Assembly: GCA_963776245.1 (NCBI GenBank)
Contig: CAVZLN010000008.1
Coordinates: forward strand, 360,353 to 424,352
Length of the DNA stretch: 64,000 bases
Source: Candidatus Eiseniibacteriota bacterium
GTDB lineage: Bacteria; Eisenbacteria; RBG-16-71-46
Reading direction: 5' to 3'
Shown here piece after piece: positions 52,285 through 63,228 of the stretch. How positions within the stretch are numbered: position 1 is the stretch's first letter; each line of letters begins with the position of its first letter. Below the pieces are notes generated by a model, which worked only from the letters and a program-made list of their open reading frames with translations, searched no databases and was not told the origin of the DNA. Both the position numbers and the translations under genes were made by a program.

Positions 52285-54161
52285 CCGTCGATCCTCTCCT
52301 GGGTGCGCCCGGGGCGGCGCTCGATGACGTCGCCCTGGAAGAAATCGATCGCGCGCTCGATCAGCGGCGCGACGTCGGCGGCCACGGCGGGGCGGCGCGG
52401 TGCGAGCCCGGCCTCCTCGAGAGGCATGCAGAGCACCTCGAGCGGCCGTCCGAAGGCGCGGCACAGTTCCTCGACCAGCAGCGCGCGGTTGTCCTTCTCC
52501 TCGACCACCGCGCGGTGGAGCCCGTCCATCGCGACCCGCACGGTGCCGGCGCTGGCGCCGAGAAAACGACAGTCCTCGAGGAACGCTCCGAGCATGCGCT
52601 TGCGCTGGTTGACGGCGGCGGTCGCCTGCTGCCAGCAGGTGGTGGCGTGCGCGTCCGGGGCCGGCGCCTCGGGTGCGGTCAGGACCGCGGTGGCACTCGG
52701 AGCGAATGCTGGCGCGCGCTCCGCCGATGCTTCCGCCGCGGGTGCCGTCATCGGCGCGGCGGACGGGCCGCGCGCGCGCAGCGGTCCGCCGCCACCGGCT
52801 GGCGGCGCGCTCGATCCGCCGCGCGGCAGGCCACCCGGCGCGGGCGCGGCGTTGGGCGCGTGCGCGGGCCCCGGTGCAGGGCGCGCGGGCGCCGCGCCCG
52901 GTGCCGGCGCCGAGGCCCGCAGGCCGCCACCCGGGGCGCGCGGCGTCGCCGCGGGTGCCGCCGCCGCGCCGGGCGCGCCCGCCAGCCGGCGTTCGAGCGC
53001 CTCGAGCCGCTCGAGCAGCGCGGCGAGCGTGTCGCCCGCCTCGAGGGTCGCCATCTGGAGCACCGCGGCCTCGAGGTGGATGAGCGGCTGCGGGCTGTCG
53101 CGCATCGGGCCCGAGGCCTCGGACGCCAGCCGCAGCAGGCGCAGCAGGTCGTTCTCGGCCCAGCCCTCGCCCTGCGCGCGCAGGCGCGCGAGGTCGTCGG
53201 GCGTGGCGGCCACCAGGTCGCCGCCCTCGGGATCCACCCGCAGGATGAGCAGGTGGCGGATGTGCTCGGCCAGCCCATCGGCCAGGTCGCGCGGGTCGAG
53301 GCCCTTCTCGAACGCCTCCTGCAGGCGCCGCAGCGCGGCCTTCGGATCGTGGTTCACGATGGCGTCGGCGAGCGCGAAGAACGCCTCGCGGTCGGCGATG
53401 CCCAGCACCCGGCGCACCAGTTCCTCGTCCACCGCGGGCTCGCCCGCCGAGACCACCTGGTCGAGCGCCGAGACCGCGTCGCGCATCGAGCCCTCGGACT
53501 TGTGCGCGATCAGCAGCGCAGCGCCCTCGGTGAGCGTGAAGCGCGTGCCCTCGGGGTCCGCGGCCTCGGCCGTCTGGATCGCGAGCACGCGGTCGGCCAC
53601 CCGGCGCAGCGGGACGCGCGCGAAGTCGAAGCGCTGGGTGCGCGAGCGGATGGTGTCGGGCAGCTTCTGCGGATCGGTGGTGGCGAAGATGAACACCAGG
53701 TGCGCCGGCGGCTCCTCGAGCGTCTTGAGCAGCGCCGCGAATGCGTCGGCCGAGAGCTGGTGGACCTCGTCGATGATGACCACCCGCCAGCCGCCGCCGG
53801 TGGGCGAGAACCGCACCTTCTCGCGCAACTGCTGCACGTCGGCGATGCCGCGGTTCGAGGCCCCGTCGATCTCGGTGACGTCGAGCGAGATGCCGCTGGT
53901 GATCTCGGTGCACGAGTGGCACGCATTGCACGGGTCGGCGCCCTTCTGCACGCCGGCGCGGCGCCGCTGGCAGTTGAGCGACTTGGCGAGGATGCGCGCG
54001 GCGCTGGTCTTGCCCACCCCGCGGGCGCCGGTGAACAGGTAGGCGTGCGCGATCCGGTGGCTCTCGACTGCGCGGGTCAGCACGTCGCTCACGTGGCTCT
54101 GCCCGACCAGATCGGCGAAGACCTGGGGCCGGTACTTGAGAGTGAGTGCGCGTTGGCTCAT
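52281..54161 (-). CDS. dnaX: DNA polymerase III subunit gamma/tau
   Basis: From the ATG at 54161: MSQRALTLKYRPQVFADLVGQSHV...HAYLFTGARGVGKTS...CNACHSCTEI...VVIIDEVHQLS. It has a Pro/Ala-rich linker. Confidence 0.9.
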   Translation of the reverse strand: MSQRALTLKYRPQVFADLVGQSHVSDVLTRAVESHRIAHAYLFTGARGVGKTSAARILAKSLNCQRRRAGVQKGADPCNACHSCTEITSGISLDVTEIDGASNRGIADVQQLREKVRFSPTGGGWRVVIIDEVHQLSADAFAALLKTLEEPPAHLVFIFATTDPQKLPDTIRSRTQRFDFARVPLRRVADRVLAIQTAEAADPEGTRFTLTEGAALLIAHKSEGSMRDAVSALDQVVSAGEPAVDEELVRRVLGIADREAFFALADAIVNHDPKAALRRLQEAFEKGLDPRDLADGLAEHIRHLLILRVDPEGGDLVAATPDDLARLRAQGEGWAENDLLRLLRLASEASGPMRDSPQPLIHLEAAVLQMATLEAGDTLAALLERLEALERRLAGAPGAAAAPAATPRAPGGGLRASAPAPGAAPARPAPGPAHAPNAAPAPGGLPRGGSSAPPAGGGGPLRARGPSAAPMTAPAAEASAERAPAFAPSATAVLTAPEAPAPDAHATTCWQQATAAVNQRKRMLGAFLEDCRFLGASAGTVRVAMDGLHRAVVEEKDNRALLVEELCRAFGRPLEVLCMPLEEAGLAPRRPAVAADVAPLIERAIDFFQGDVIERRPGRTQERIDG

Positions 54162-54185
54162 GGGCGTGCGCGTACCGGAGGGAAA

Positions 54186-54283
54186 GGGCCAGGGGGACAG
54201 CGGCACACCCGAGGGATCGCTTACCGCTGCTACCTTCCGGTCCTGACGGGGTTCACAAGCTCGAGTTGCGCTGCGCCTGGCCC
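54186..54283 (-). ncRNA. ffs: signal recognition particle RNA (small/4.5S type)
   Basis: The minus strand reads GGGCCAGG...CCCGUCAGGACCGGAAGGUAGCAGCGGUAAG...CCUGGCCC. It contains the conserved GUCAGGnCCGGAAGGnAGCAGC helix-8 motif and closing terminal pairing, in the classic position upstream of dnaX. Confidence 0.8.
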
Positions 54284-54292
54284 ATATGGAAA

Positions 54293-54368
54293 TGGTGGAG
54301 ATGATCGGATTCGAACCGACGACCCCCTCGTTGCGAACGAGGTGCTCTCCCAGCTGAGCTACATCCCC
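54293..54368 (-). tRNA. tRNA-Ala (anticodon CGC), CCA encoded
   Basis: GGGGATGTAGCTCAGCTGGGAGAGCACCTCGTTCGCAACGAGGGGGTCGTCGGTTCGAATCCGATCATCTCCACCA. It has the G3:U70 identity pair and anticodon loop TTCGCAA. Confidence 0.9.
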
Positions 54369-54399
54369 ACCTGAACTCAAGAAGTGTCCCGACGGCAGC

Positions 54400-54420
54400 G
54401 CCCCGGAGCGGCTCCGGGGC
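54400..54420 (-). terminator. GC-rich palindrome downstream of the TerC gene
   Basis: gccccggagc-g-gctccggggc lies about 90 nt after the stop at 54508. A T-rich stretch follows only after a gap, so this is a weak call. Confidence 0.25.
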
Positions 54421-54507
54421 GACCGTCAGCCGCCGAGCGGGCGCCATTCTAGCGGTTCGCCCGCCGAGGTCAAGCCGTGCATGCCCGCGGCGCCGCGCCG
54501 CGGCCGC

Positions 54508-55482
54508 TCATCCGGAATGCGGACGAGTGTCGCCCCGGGCATCGGCACCATCCGGAGCCGGCACCGCTGGCGCCGGCCTCGGCCAGCGCAGCGAGGCCCA
54601 TACCGACAGCGCCAGGATCGCCGCCACCACGATGAGCGAGACCAGCGTCGGCACCTTCACCACGTCCATCATCATCATCTTGCCGCCGACGAACATGAGG
54701 ATGGCCGAGAGCCCGTAGTGCAGGTGGTGGAAGAGTGTCATGAAGCCCGCCAGGGCGAAGTAGAGCGCGCGCAGCCCGAGGATCGCGAATGCGTTCGAGG
54801 CGTACGCGATGAACGGGTCGCGCGTGATCGCCAGCACCGCGGGGATCGAGTCCACCGCGAACAGGAGGTCGGTGGTCTCGACCAGGACCAGCACCACCAG
54901 CATCGGGGTGGCCAGCCAGCGCCCGGCGCGGCGCACCACGAACCGCCCGTCGATGGGACCCTCCACCATCGGAACGATGCGGCGGAACAGCCGGATCACC
55001 GGGTTGCGCTCCGGCTCGATCACCTGGTCCTTCTGCCTCCACATCTTGATCCCGGACACGATGAGGATCGCCCCGAACAGGTAGATGAGTCCATGGAAGC
55101 GCTCGAGCAACGCCACTCCCGCGAGGATGAACCCGAGCCGCATGACGAGCGCGCCCAGGATGCCCCAGAACAGCACGCCGTGCTGGAACCGGGCCGGCAC
55201 CTGGAAGTACGCGAAGACGAGCAGGAAGACGAACAGGTTGTCGACGCTCAGGGACTTCTCGATCAGGTAGGCCGTCAGGAACTCGAGGCCCACCTGCGGG
55301 CCGCGCCACCACCACAGCCCGACGTTGAAGGCGAGCGCGAGCGCGATCCACACCACGCTCCAGCCCACCGCCTCGCGCAGGTGCACCGCGTGCGGCCGGC
55401 GGTGGAACACCAGCAGGTCCACCAGCAGCATCGCGAGGATGAACAGGTTGAGCGCGATCCAGGCCCAGCCGATGGAGGTCAC
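54508..55482 (-). CDS. TerC-family integral membrane protein
   Basis: 324 aa: ...LTAYLIEKSLSVDNLFVFLLVF...LVETTDLLFAVDSIPAVLAIT...AFAILGLRALYF. Confidence 0.85.
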   Translation of the reverse strand: MTSIGWAWIALNLFILAMLLVDLLVFHRRPHAVHLREAVGWSVVWIALALAFNVGLWWWRGPQVGLEFLTAYLIEKSLSVDNLFVFLLVFAYFQVPARFQHGVLFWGILGALVMRLGFILAGVALLERFHGLIYLFGAILIVSGIKMWRQKDQVIEPERNPVIRLFRRIVPMVEGPIDGRFVVRRAGRWLATPMLVVLVLVETTDLLFAVDSIPAVLAITRDPFIAYASNAFAILGLRALYFALAGFMTLFHHLHYGLSAILMFVGGKMMMMDVVKVPTLVSLIVVAAILALSVWASLRWPRPAPAVPAPDGADARGDTRPHSG

Positions 55483-55531
55483 GGAAGTCCCCGGGTGAGG
55501 GAGTGGTGGGGCGGGGGCGGCCGGTGATGGA

Positions 55532-55622
55532 TGGCGGAGAGAGTGGGATTCGAACCCACGAGGCGGTATAAGCGCCTACACGATTTCCAATCGTGCTCCT
55601 TCAACCGCTCGGACATCTCTCC
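55532..55622 (-). tRNA. tRNA-Ser (anticodon GGA), long variable arm, CCA encoded
   Basis: GGAGAGATGTCCGAGCGGTTGAAGGAGCACGATTGGAAATCGTGTAGGCGCTTATACCGCCTCGTGGGTTCGAATCCCACTCTCTCCGCCA. Confidence 0.9.
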
Positions 55623-55856
55623 GCACCGGCCGCAGAGGCCGCGGGCATGGATACCACGCGCGCCGCGGCCCCGGCAACTGCGGGCGAAGTGGCGTCCCCC
55701 GGTCCATCGACGCGCCGCGGCCGAAGCATCCGGGCGACCCGCGACCGCCCCCGCATAGGCGTTCCGCGCCGCCGTGCTCTACAATGTCCTCCGCTTCCCT
55801 GCACCGGACGGCGCCCGCGTGTGACCGCTCCGATCCCATCTCCGGAGATCCGCCCC

Positions 55857-57148
55857 ATGCGACTTCGCCCCTGCGCGCTCCTGCTGTGCTCGGCCGCGGT
55901 ACTCGGCCTGTCCCTGGCCCCGGCCCTCGCCGCCCGCGCCCGCGCACAGGGCCATGGCGGCGGCGCCACCCCACCGTCGCATGGCGCGGGCGAGGGGCCC
56001 ACGCTGCCGGCCGAGGACATCACCCGGATCGGCCAGATGGCCGCCGACAGCGCGAGCGGCGAGCAGGCGATCGCCGAGTTGAGGGCGTTCCTCGCCCGCA
56101 AGCCCGAGGGCATGTACCGGCAATGGGCGTTCAACACCATCCTGCTCGCGCAACTGCGCCGGCATGCGCCGGTCGGCGACGTGATCGCCGCGGCCGAGAG
56201 CCTCTCCACCGTGCTGCCGGACGATTACCAGCGCCGCGTCGGCTTCTACGCCGGGCTCGCCGAGGTGCTCGCCGACATCCCGGGCGGCGTGGCGCCGGGG
56301 CTCGGATACGCCCGCAAGGCGCTCGCCGAGGTGCCGCCCACGCCCGACGCGATGCCCGCGCTCGCGGTCGCGCAGACCGCCGAAGCGTTGCTGTTGATGC
56401 GGAGCGGCGACACGCAGCAGGCCATCGCCCTGCTCACCGAGGCGCTGCCGAGCGCGCCCGACAGCCAGCGCGTGCTGGTGCGGCTGGGGCGGGCGCACGA
56501 GCAGGCCAAGCAGGACGACGCGGCGATCGGATACTACGTGCGCGCGATGGGATCGTTCCCGGGCGGCGACTCCACGGCGCTCGAGCCCCTGCGCTCGCGC
56601 GTGGACGCGCCGGTACGGTTCGCTCAAGGGCCTCGACCAGCGCGTGAGCGCGCAGCGCGCCGCGGCGCTCCGGCGCGTGGCGCTCGAGCAGCGCGGCGAT
56701 GATCGCGGTGGCGCCCGACTTCAGCCTGCCGCGCCTCGACGACACCACCCGGACCGTCACCATGCGGTCGTTCAAGGGCAAGGTGGTGCTGGTGGACTTC
56801 TGGGGCTCGTGGTGCGGACCCTGCCGCATGGAGATGCCGCTGTTCCAGGCGCTCGCCGAGAAGTACAAGGGCCGCGCCGACGTCGCGTTCCTGGGCGTCA
56901 ACTGGGAGCGTCCGGGCGACCCCGCCAAGCGCCGCGAACTCGCCAACGAGTTCCTCAAGACGAACAACCTCACGTTCGCCAGCGTGTACGACCTCGGGGG
57001 CCACGTGGTGAAGGACTTCGGGGTCGAGGGCTTCCCCACCGTGTTCGTGGTGGACCGCGCCGGCAAGGTGCGGTACGCCAACCGCGGGTACGGGCCGGGC
57101 ATCGACCAGATCCTCGAGACCCAGCTGCTCTCGCTGCTCGGCAAGTAG
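55857..57148 (+). CDS. secreted TPR-like protein fused or coupled to a TlpA/ResA-type thioredoxin-fold oxidoreductase; frame changes near 56605-56615 and 56690-56700
   Basis: Signal peptide MRLRPCALLLCSAAVLGLSLAPALA followed by helical repeats. The C-terminal part from 56699 reads APDFSLPRLDD...VVLVDFWGSWCGPCRMEMP...GFPTVFVVD. Third-position GC shows that the real frame over 56615-56700 (YGSLKGLDQRVSAQRAAALRRVALEQ) differs from both flanking ORFs. Confidence 0.65.
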
Positions 57149-57380
57149 CCGCGGCCGGGGCGGCGCCCGGATACGAGCGAGGCACCTCGCTTGCGCGGGG
57201 CGCCTCGTCGTGGTCCTGGGCAGGCTCCGGGGGCTCGTCTGCCGCGTGCGGTGCCGCTCAGGAGATCGGGATGGAGTCCTAGGCCTCGGTCGAGCGCATC
57301 TCGCGCTTCGCGAAGCGGTGAGATGCGCGATCGTCATGCGGCCGGCATGCGACTGCGAAAGACGTCTTCGGTCTAGATTC

Positions 57381-57404
57381 GGGGCGCCCCGGGTGGGGCG
57401 CCCC
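57381..57404. repeat. tandem pair of the self-complementary decamer GGGGCGCCCC
   Basis: ggggcgcccc-gggt-ggggcgcccc sits in the 390-nt gap between convergent genes. It could act as a bidirectional terminator hairpin. Confidence 0.3.
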
Positions 57405-57537
57405 GTCCGTTCCAGTCCGCCCCTGCCAGGGTCGGACTTGACTGCGGCGGCGCTCTTGCGAACACCGCCCGCGGACCGCCACGCGGTCCGCTTCAACCCG
57501 CCGCGCGTGGGTCCACGCGTCGGGTCGGGGGACGACT

Positions 57538-58119
57538 CTAGTCGCGCTCTCGATGCTCTCCGCGCTCCTGGGCCTCGGCGGCTTCACCCGCCGCGCCATG
57601 CGCGGTCACGGTCGCGTCCGCGCGGGTGGGAGCGATCATGGCTCGCACCCCGAACTCGTGGACCAGCCGGCCGCCCTGGTGCGCGGTGTTGGCCAGGAAC
57701 AGCGTGCCGCCCGAGTAGAAGGCCAGGAAGATCAGAGTCGCGGTCACGGATACCGATCGCGCCAGCGGTCTGCGGATCACCGCCGGCGCGATCACCAGCA
57801 TCGCGAACATCAGGGTGAGCGCGGTGAACACGTTGCGCGTGGTCTCCGCCATCTCTTCGTGGCGCTCGAGCACCGCCTTCGCCGCGACGACACGCTCCTC
57901 GGCCTGTTCGCCCGCGGCCTGGCCGGTCGCCACCGACACGTACGCGGCGGCCGTGCCCAGCGCCATCACCACCAGTCCCGCGGTCGCCCACGTCCGCGCG
58001 CTCTTCACGAACAGGCTCACCGCGATGAGCAGCGGGGCCACCAGCAGGAGCGCGATCGGGAAGTGCACGATCATCGGATGGAGCCCTTCCCAGGACGGCA
58101 TCGGAGGCAGCAGGTTCAT
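57538..58119 (-). CDS. DUF2231-like membrane protein
   Basis: 193 aa: MNLLPPMPSWEGLHPMIVHFPIALLLVAPLL..., four predicted TM helices, and a conserved HQGGRLVHEFG near the last helix. Confidence 0.6.
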   Translation of the reverse strand: MNLLPPMPSWEGLHPMIVHFPIALLLVAPLLIAVSLFVKSARTWATAGLVVMALGTAAAYVSVATGQAAGEQAEERVVAAKAVLERHEEMAETTRNVFTALTLMFAMLVIAPAVIRRPLARSVSVTATLIFLAFYSGGTLFLANTAHQGGRLVHEFGVRAMIAPTRADATVTAHGAAGEAAEAQERGEHRERD

Positions 58120-58282
58120 ATCGGCTAGGCCATTCCTCTCGCGTTCGGGTGCTCAACCCCGGTGGCGCCGCCGGCCACTTCGGCGAACCTCCATGGCGCG
58201 GCGGCTTCCCCCCACCGGGAATCCGATCGCCGCTCTGCCGGACCCCCCCGGCGAGTGATGCGATCGTCGGCGGCTTGATAGG

Positions 58283-58297
58283 GCAAGCCGCGTGCCG
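58283..58297 (-). promoter_or_regulatory. candidate sigma-54 (-24/-12) promoter
   Basis: The minus strand reads cGGCACG-CGGC-TTGCc (GG-N10-GC spacing, consensus TGGCACG-N4-TTGCW). It lies about 165 nt upstream of the DUF2231 ATG and directly downstream of the NtrC-family activator gene. Confidence 0.4.
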
Positions 58298-58360
58298 CGC
58301 GGGCCACCGAAGTGCATCGTTGCGAGTCAACGAGTTGGAGCGAGGAGGGGTCGCGCGTGG

Positions 58361-58409
58361 GGAGGCCGCTCGTACTAGGTTTCGTACAGGAGAGGCCGTG
58401 GCGCTCGAA
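58361..58409. promoter_or_regulatory. 14-bp-arm inverted repeat (possible activator UAS or RNA hairpin)
   Basis: cgtactaggtttcg-N21-cgaaacctcgtacg matches 13 of 14 positions. It lies 65-125 nt upstream of the candidate sigma-54 promoter and 30 nt after the ntrC-like stop. Confidence 0.3.
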
Positions 58410-58438
58410 ACCTCGTACGCGCGCGGCCCGGCGGCGGG

Positions 58439-59829
<1,391 letters not shown>

Positions 59830-59845
<16 letters not shown>

Positions 59846-61167
59846 ATGTCCTTCTGATTCCGGCGCGCGCAGTCGGTGCAGCGCGGCAGCACGATCTCGA
59901 AGCGCACCCGCCCGGGCACGTTCGCGCCCAGCCGCAGCTCGCCCCCATGCGCGCGCGCGATGTTGCTGGCGATGGCGAGCCCGAGCCCGGTGCCGCCCGC
60001 GCGGGTGGTGAAGAACGGCTCGAAGATGCGCGTCAGCGCCGCCTCGGGGATGGCCGGCCCGCTGTTCTCGACCCAGAGCAGGACGCGCTCCGGCTCGCCC
60101 GCCGCCGCGCCCAGGCTCACGCGCCCGCCCTCGGGCGTGTGCTCGATGGCGTTCGTCACCAGGTTGAGCAGCGCCTGGTGCATCTGGTGCGGGTCGATCG
60201 AGCCGCACAGCCCCGCGGCATCCTCGGCCACGATCGCGACCCGCCGCTCGCCGGCGCGGGCGCGCGCCAGTTCGGCGACGTAGCCCAGCGTCTCGGCGAG
60301 CGCGGTGGGCTTGCGCTCGGGCATGCGCGTGCGCGCGTAGGCGAGGAAGTCGGTGGTCAGGCGCTCGAGCCGCGACGCCTCCGCAGTGGCGACGTCGAAC
60401 ATCTGACGGCGCTGGTCCTCGGGCAGCCCGGGGCGCCGCGCCGCCGCGAGCGACGAGGAGATCATCGCCACCGGGTTGCGGATCTCGTGGGCGATGGCGC
60501 TCGAGAGTCGGCCCACCGCCGCGAGCTTCTCCTCGGCCACCAGCCGGTCGCGGGTGCGCTCCAGCTCGTCGAGGCTCTTGCGCAGCCGCCCCCTCCCGCG
60601 GCGCGACGACTCGGCGAGCAGCCACACCACCACGCCGAGCACCGCGAACACGATCCAGATCACGCCGGCCTCGAACAGCTCCATGACCTGGGCGGGCGGG
60701 TGCCGATGGAACCACAGGAACACGTCGAAGAAGAGCATGCCGCCGGACACCGCCACCACGAAGAGCGTGCCCGAGAGCGAGAGGCGGAACCCCGCCGACA
60801 CGATGGCCGGCACCATGAGCACGAAGTAGTGATGCTCCTCGCCCTCGCCGAAGAACGACGCCAGGAACGCCCCCAGCACGGTGGCCCAGATCGAGACGGC
60901 CGAGTACGCCCACACCGCGCGCGCGGAAGGCAGTCGCTGCAGCCCCTGGACCCAGAACAGCCCGGAGCTCTGGAGCACGAACATGCTCGCGAGCACCGAC
61001 ACCAGCAACGGCTTGGGCGGGCCCAGATAGGCGATGAACGAGATGTGCATCAGGAAGAGCGCCGCGATCACCGCCAGGTTCACGAGCGCGAGCGAGGTCT
61101 CGCGGCGGCGGTAGGGCTCGAGCTCGGGCTCGGGGTCGAGCGGACGCCCTTGGAGGAGAGTGCGCAT
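59830..61167 (-). CDS. membrane-embedded sensor histidine kinase (6 TM, HisKA, HATPase)
   Basis: From the ATG at 61167: six hydrophobic helices, H-box LSSAIAHEIRNPVAMI, N box LLNLVTNAIEH, and G boxes ENSGPAI and GGTGLGLAI. It overlaps the regulator start by 16 nt. Confidence 0.8.
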
Positions 61168-61336
61168 GAGGAGTGGAAGGCTACGCCGCGCCAAGCCGTG
61201 CCGGCAAGCATGGATGCCTGTTGCTGGCGCTGGAGGCCGCGGGCCCGGTCGGGCGGTGCTCGCCCGGTGGGCGGCGGCGCGAGCGCTGCGGTAGGCTGCG
61301 CGCGTCGATCCGCGCCCGAACCCTGGAGGTGACCGC

Positions 61337-61888
61337 ATGCACGCGTGGCACGACGTCCCCTGGGGACGCGACGTGCGCGAGCACGTCAACGTGGTGATCG
61401 AGATCCCCGAAGGCTCGAAGGTGAAGTACGAGCTCGACAAGGCCACCGGGCTGCTGCTCACCGACCGCGTGCTCTACTCCGCGGTGCGCTACCCGGCGAA
61501 CTACGGGTTCATCCCCCAGACCTACTGCGACGACGGCGATCCGCTCGATGTGCTGATGCTGTGCCAGGAGCCGCTGGTGCCGCTGAGCATGGCACGCGCG
61601 CGCGCCATCGGGGTGATCCCGATGCGCGACGAGAAGGGGCAGGACGACAAGATCATCGCCGTGCACCTCGACGATCCGCAGTGGGCCGACTACCACGACA
61701 TCTCGGAGATCCCGCGCCACATGCTGGCCGAGCTCAAGCGGTTCTTCCTCGACTACAAGACGCTCGAGCACAAGCAGGTCGAGATCGAAGCGCTGCGCGG
61801 CCGCGTGGACGCCGAGCGCGTGATCGACGAGGCGCTCGCCCTGTACGCCAGCAAGCGCGAGGCGCTGCGGAAGACGAGCATCCGGTAG
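61337..61888 (+). CDS. ppa: inorganic pyrophosphatase (family I)
   Basis: VNVVIEIPEGSKVKYELDKATGLLLTDRVLYSAVRYPANYGFIPQTYCDDGDPLDVLML. Confidence 0.95.
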   Translation: MHAWHDVPWGRDVREHVNVVIEIPEGSKVKYELDKATGLLLTDRVLYSAVRYPANYGFIPQTYCDDGDPLDVLMLCQEPLVPLSMARARAIGVIPMRDEKGQDDKIIAVHLDDPQWADYHDISEIPRHMLAELKRFFLDYKTLEHKQVEIEALRGRVDAERVIDEALALYASKREALRKTSIR

Positions 61889-61949
61889 GGCGGGGGGGGC
61901 GGGCGCGGCGGCGGGAATCGGCGGGCGGCGGGGATCGGGCGGGCGGGCA
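61888..61949 (+). repeat. G-run tract (plus strand) between ppa and tRNA-Ser
   Basis: GGGCGGGGGGGGCGGGCGCGGCGGCGGGAATCGGCGGGCGGCGGGGATCGGGCGGGCGGGC has at least 7 runs of three or more G within 62 nt. Confidence 0.6.
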
Positions 61950-61960
61950 CCCTAGAACAC

Positions 61961-62052
61961 TGGCGGAGAGGGAGGGATTCGAACCCTCGAAGCCCCGTAA
62001 GGGGCTTAACGGTTTTCGAGACCGCCCCGTTCAACCGCTCCGGCACCTCTCC
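61961..62052 (-). tRNA. tRNA-Ser (anticodon CGA), long variable arm, CCA encoded
   Basis: GGAGAGGTGCCGGAGCGGTTGAACGGGGCGGTCTCGAAAACCGTTAAGCCCCTTACGGGGCTTCGAGGGTTCGAATCCCTCCCTCTCCGCCA. Confidence 0.9.
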
Positions 62053-62085
62053 GCGTGCGTAGATACACGAGTTAGAGAGGTGCCG

Positions 62086-63069
62086 TCAACCTCGTGTGAC
62101 CCCCGATGTGACCCCTTGCCCCTGGATTCGACGCGCCTCGGCCTGCACGTGCGCCTCGCCGAGACGACCGTAGCGCTGCGTCGTCACGATCGGAGGCGTG
62201 GCCGAGGATCTCCTGCAGGGCGGCCAGACGTCCCCCCCGCCTCCAGCCAGCGGCACGCGAACGAGTGCCGAAACTGGTGCGCGTGGAAGCCGCGGCAATG
62301 CCGGTCCGCTTCCGGACCTGCAGCGCGAAGCCGTCCGCGTTCTGAAGCGGAAGCAGCCGACCGACCCGTCATCCGCAAGCTCCGCCAGCAGCGCCGGCGG
62401 CAGCGGCACCCGCCGGACCTTGCCGCTCTTGGTCCGGTGGACGACGAGCGACGCCACTCTGCACGTCGGTCGCTGGGCCCGGGCCGCCTCGCCCCACCGA
62501 CAGGCCGGTGACACGCAGAACCCGAGCGATGAAGCCGTACGGCTCCTCGAGCGCACAGACCTGCTCACTTCGCTGGTCCGTCAGCCGATCGTGGGGCCGC
62601 TCCTGGACCCTCGGCAGAACGCGTCGCGGAACGGGCTCGCGTCGACCAGCCCGACGTCCTCGCACCAGTTGAGCAGCAGCGAAGATCCGGACAGGATGTG
62701 CGGACCGACTGCGGCGAGAGGCCGTGCTTCTCCAGCCAAAGCGGTACGACGGATGTGGTCTCCCGGGTGAGCTTGCGCAGCAGGAAGTGCCCGAGGCAGC
62801 GGCTCGAGTAGTCCCTGACGCGCTGCGCCGCGAGCCGCTGGTCCGCTCGCCCCTCACGGTGGGTACGTAGCCCGAAAGCCACCTCCGAGAGGCTTCCTCG
62901 ACGGTGACGTCGGACACGGGTTCGTCGACATCGGTTTTCAATGACGCAGCCGCTCGGCAGGCCTCCTCGTAGTCGCCCCCGAGGGCGACCCGGACGCGTC
63001 CGGCCGTTCAGCTTGTAGCGGTAGACGTACGTCTTACCGCGCTTGACCGATTCCGGATCGTTTCGGCAT
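62086..63069 (-). pseudogene. int: tyrosine recombinase / phage-type integrase, many frame changes
   Basis: Fragments lie in three frames: ESVKRGKTYVYRYKLNGRTR, VTVEEASRRWLSGYVPTVRGERT, LAAQRVRDYSSRCLGHFLLRKLTRE, LVVHRTKSGKVRRVPLPPALLAEL, HQFRHSFACRWLEAGG and IVTTQRYGRLGEAHV. The ATG at 63069 is 3 nt after the xis stop. Confidence 0.7.
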
Positions 63070-63072
63070 CGG

Positions 63073-63228
63073 TTACTCCTTCCGTGCCTCCACGAACCGG
63101 AGAAGGTCCGCCGGCGGGAACACGTAGCACCCTGCCGAACCGGATGCATCGCAAGCGTCGCGGGTGATCAACCGGCGCACGGTTTTCGGGTTGACGCCCA
63201 GGAAATCCGCAACCTCGGGCAAGGTCAT
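63073..63228 (-). CDS. xis: excisionase / AlpA-like helix-turn-helix DNA-binding protein
   Basis: Hand translation gives MTLPEVADFLGVNPKTVRRLITRDACDASGSAGCYVFPPADLLRFVEARKE (51 aa, TAA stop). It is too short for the ORF track. Confidence 0.6.
   Translation of the reverse strand: MTLPEVADFLGVNPKTVRRLITRDACDASGSAGCYVFPPADLLRFVEARKE

Noticed and set aside
52281-54161. Possible programmed frameshift or slippery site for a gamma subunit in dnaX.
   Set aside because: I found no A-rich heptamer or poly-A slippage tract in the gene. The Pro/Ala-rich linker is ordinary for high-GC tau proteins.
54162-54380. N-terminal extension of the dnaX ORF (MSSGGDVAQLGEHLVRNEGVVGSNPIIST...).
   Set aside because: This stretch is the translation of tRNA-Ala and the SRP RNA. 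dnaX starts at the ATG at 54161 (MSQRALTLKYRP).
55483-55531. Mn-sensing yybP-ykoY riboswitch upstream of the TerC-family gene.
   Set aside because: Only about 49 nt separate the TerC start from tRNA-Ser(GGA). That is too short for the ~100+ nt riboswitch, and no conserved motif was recognisable.
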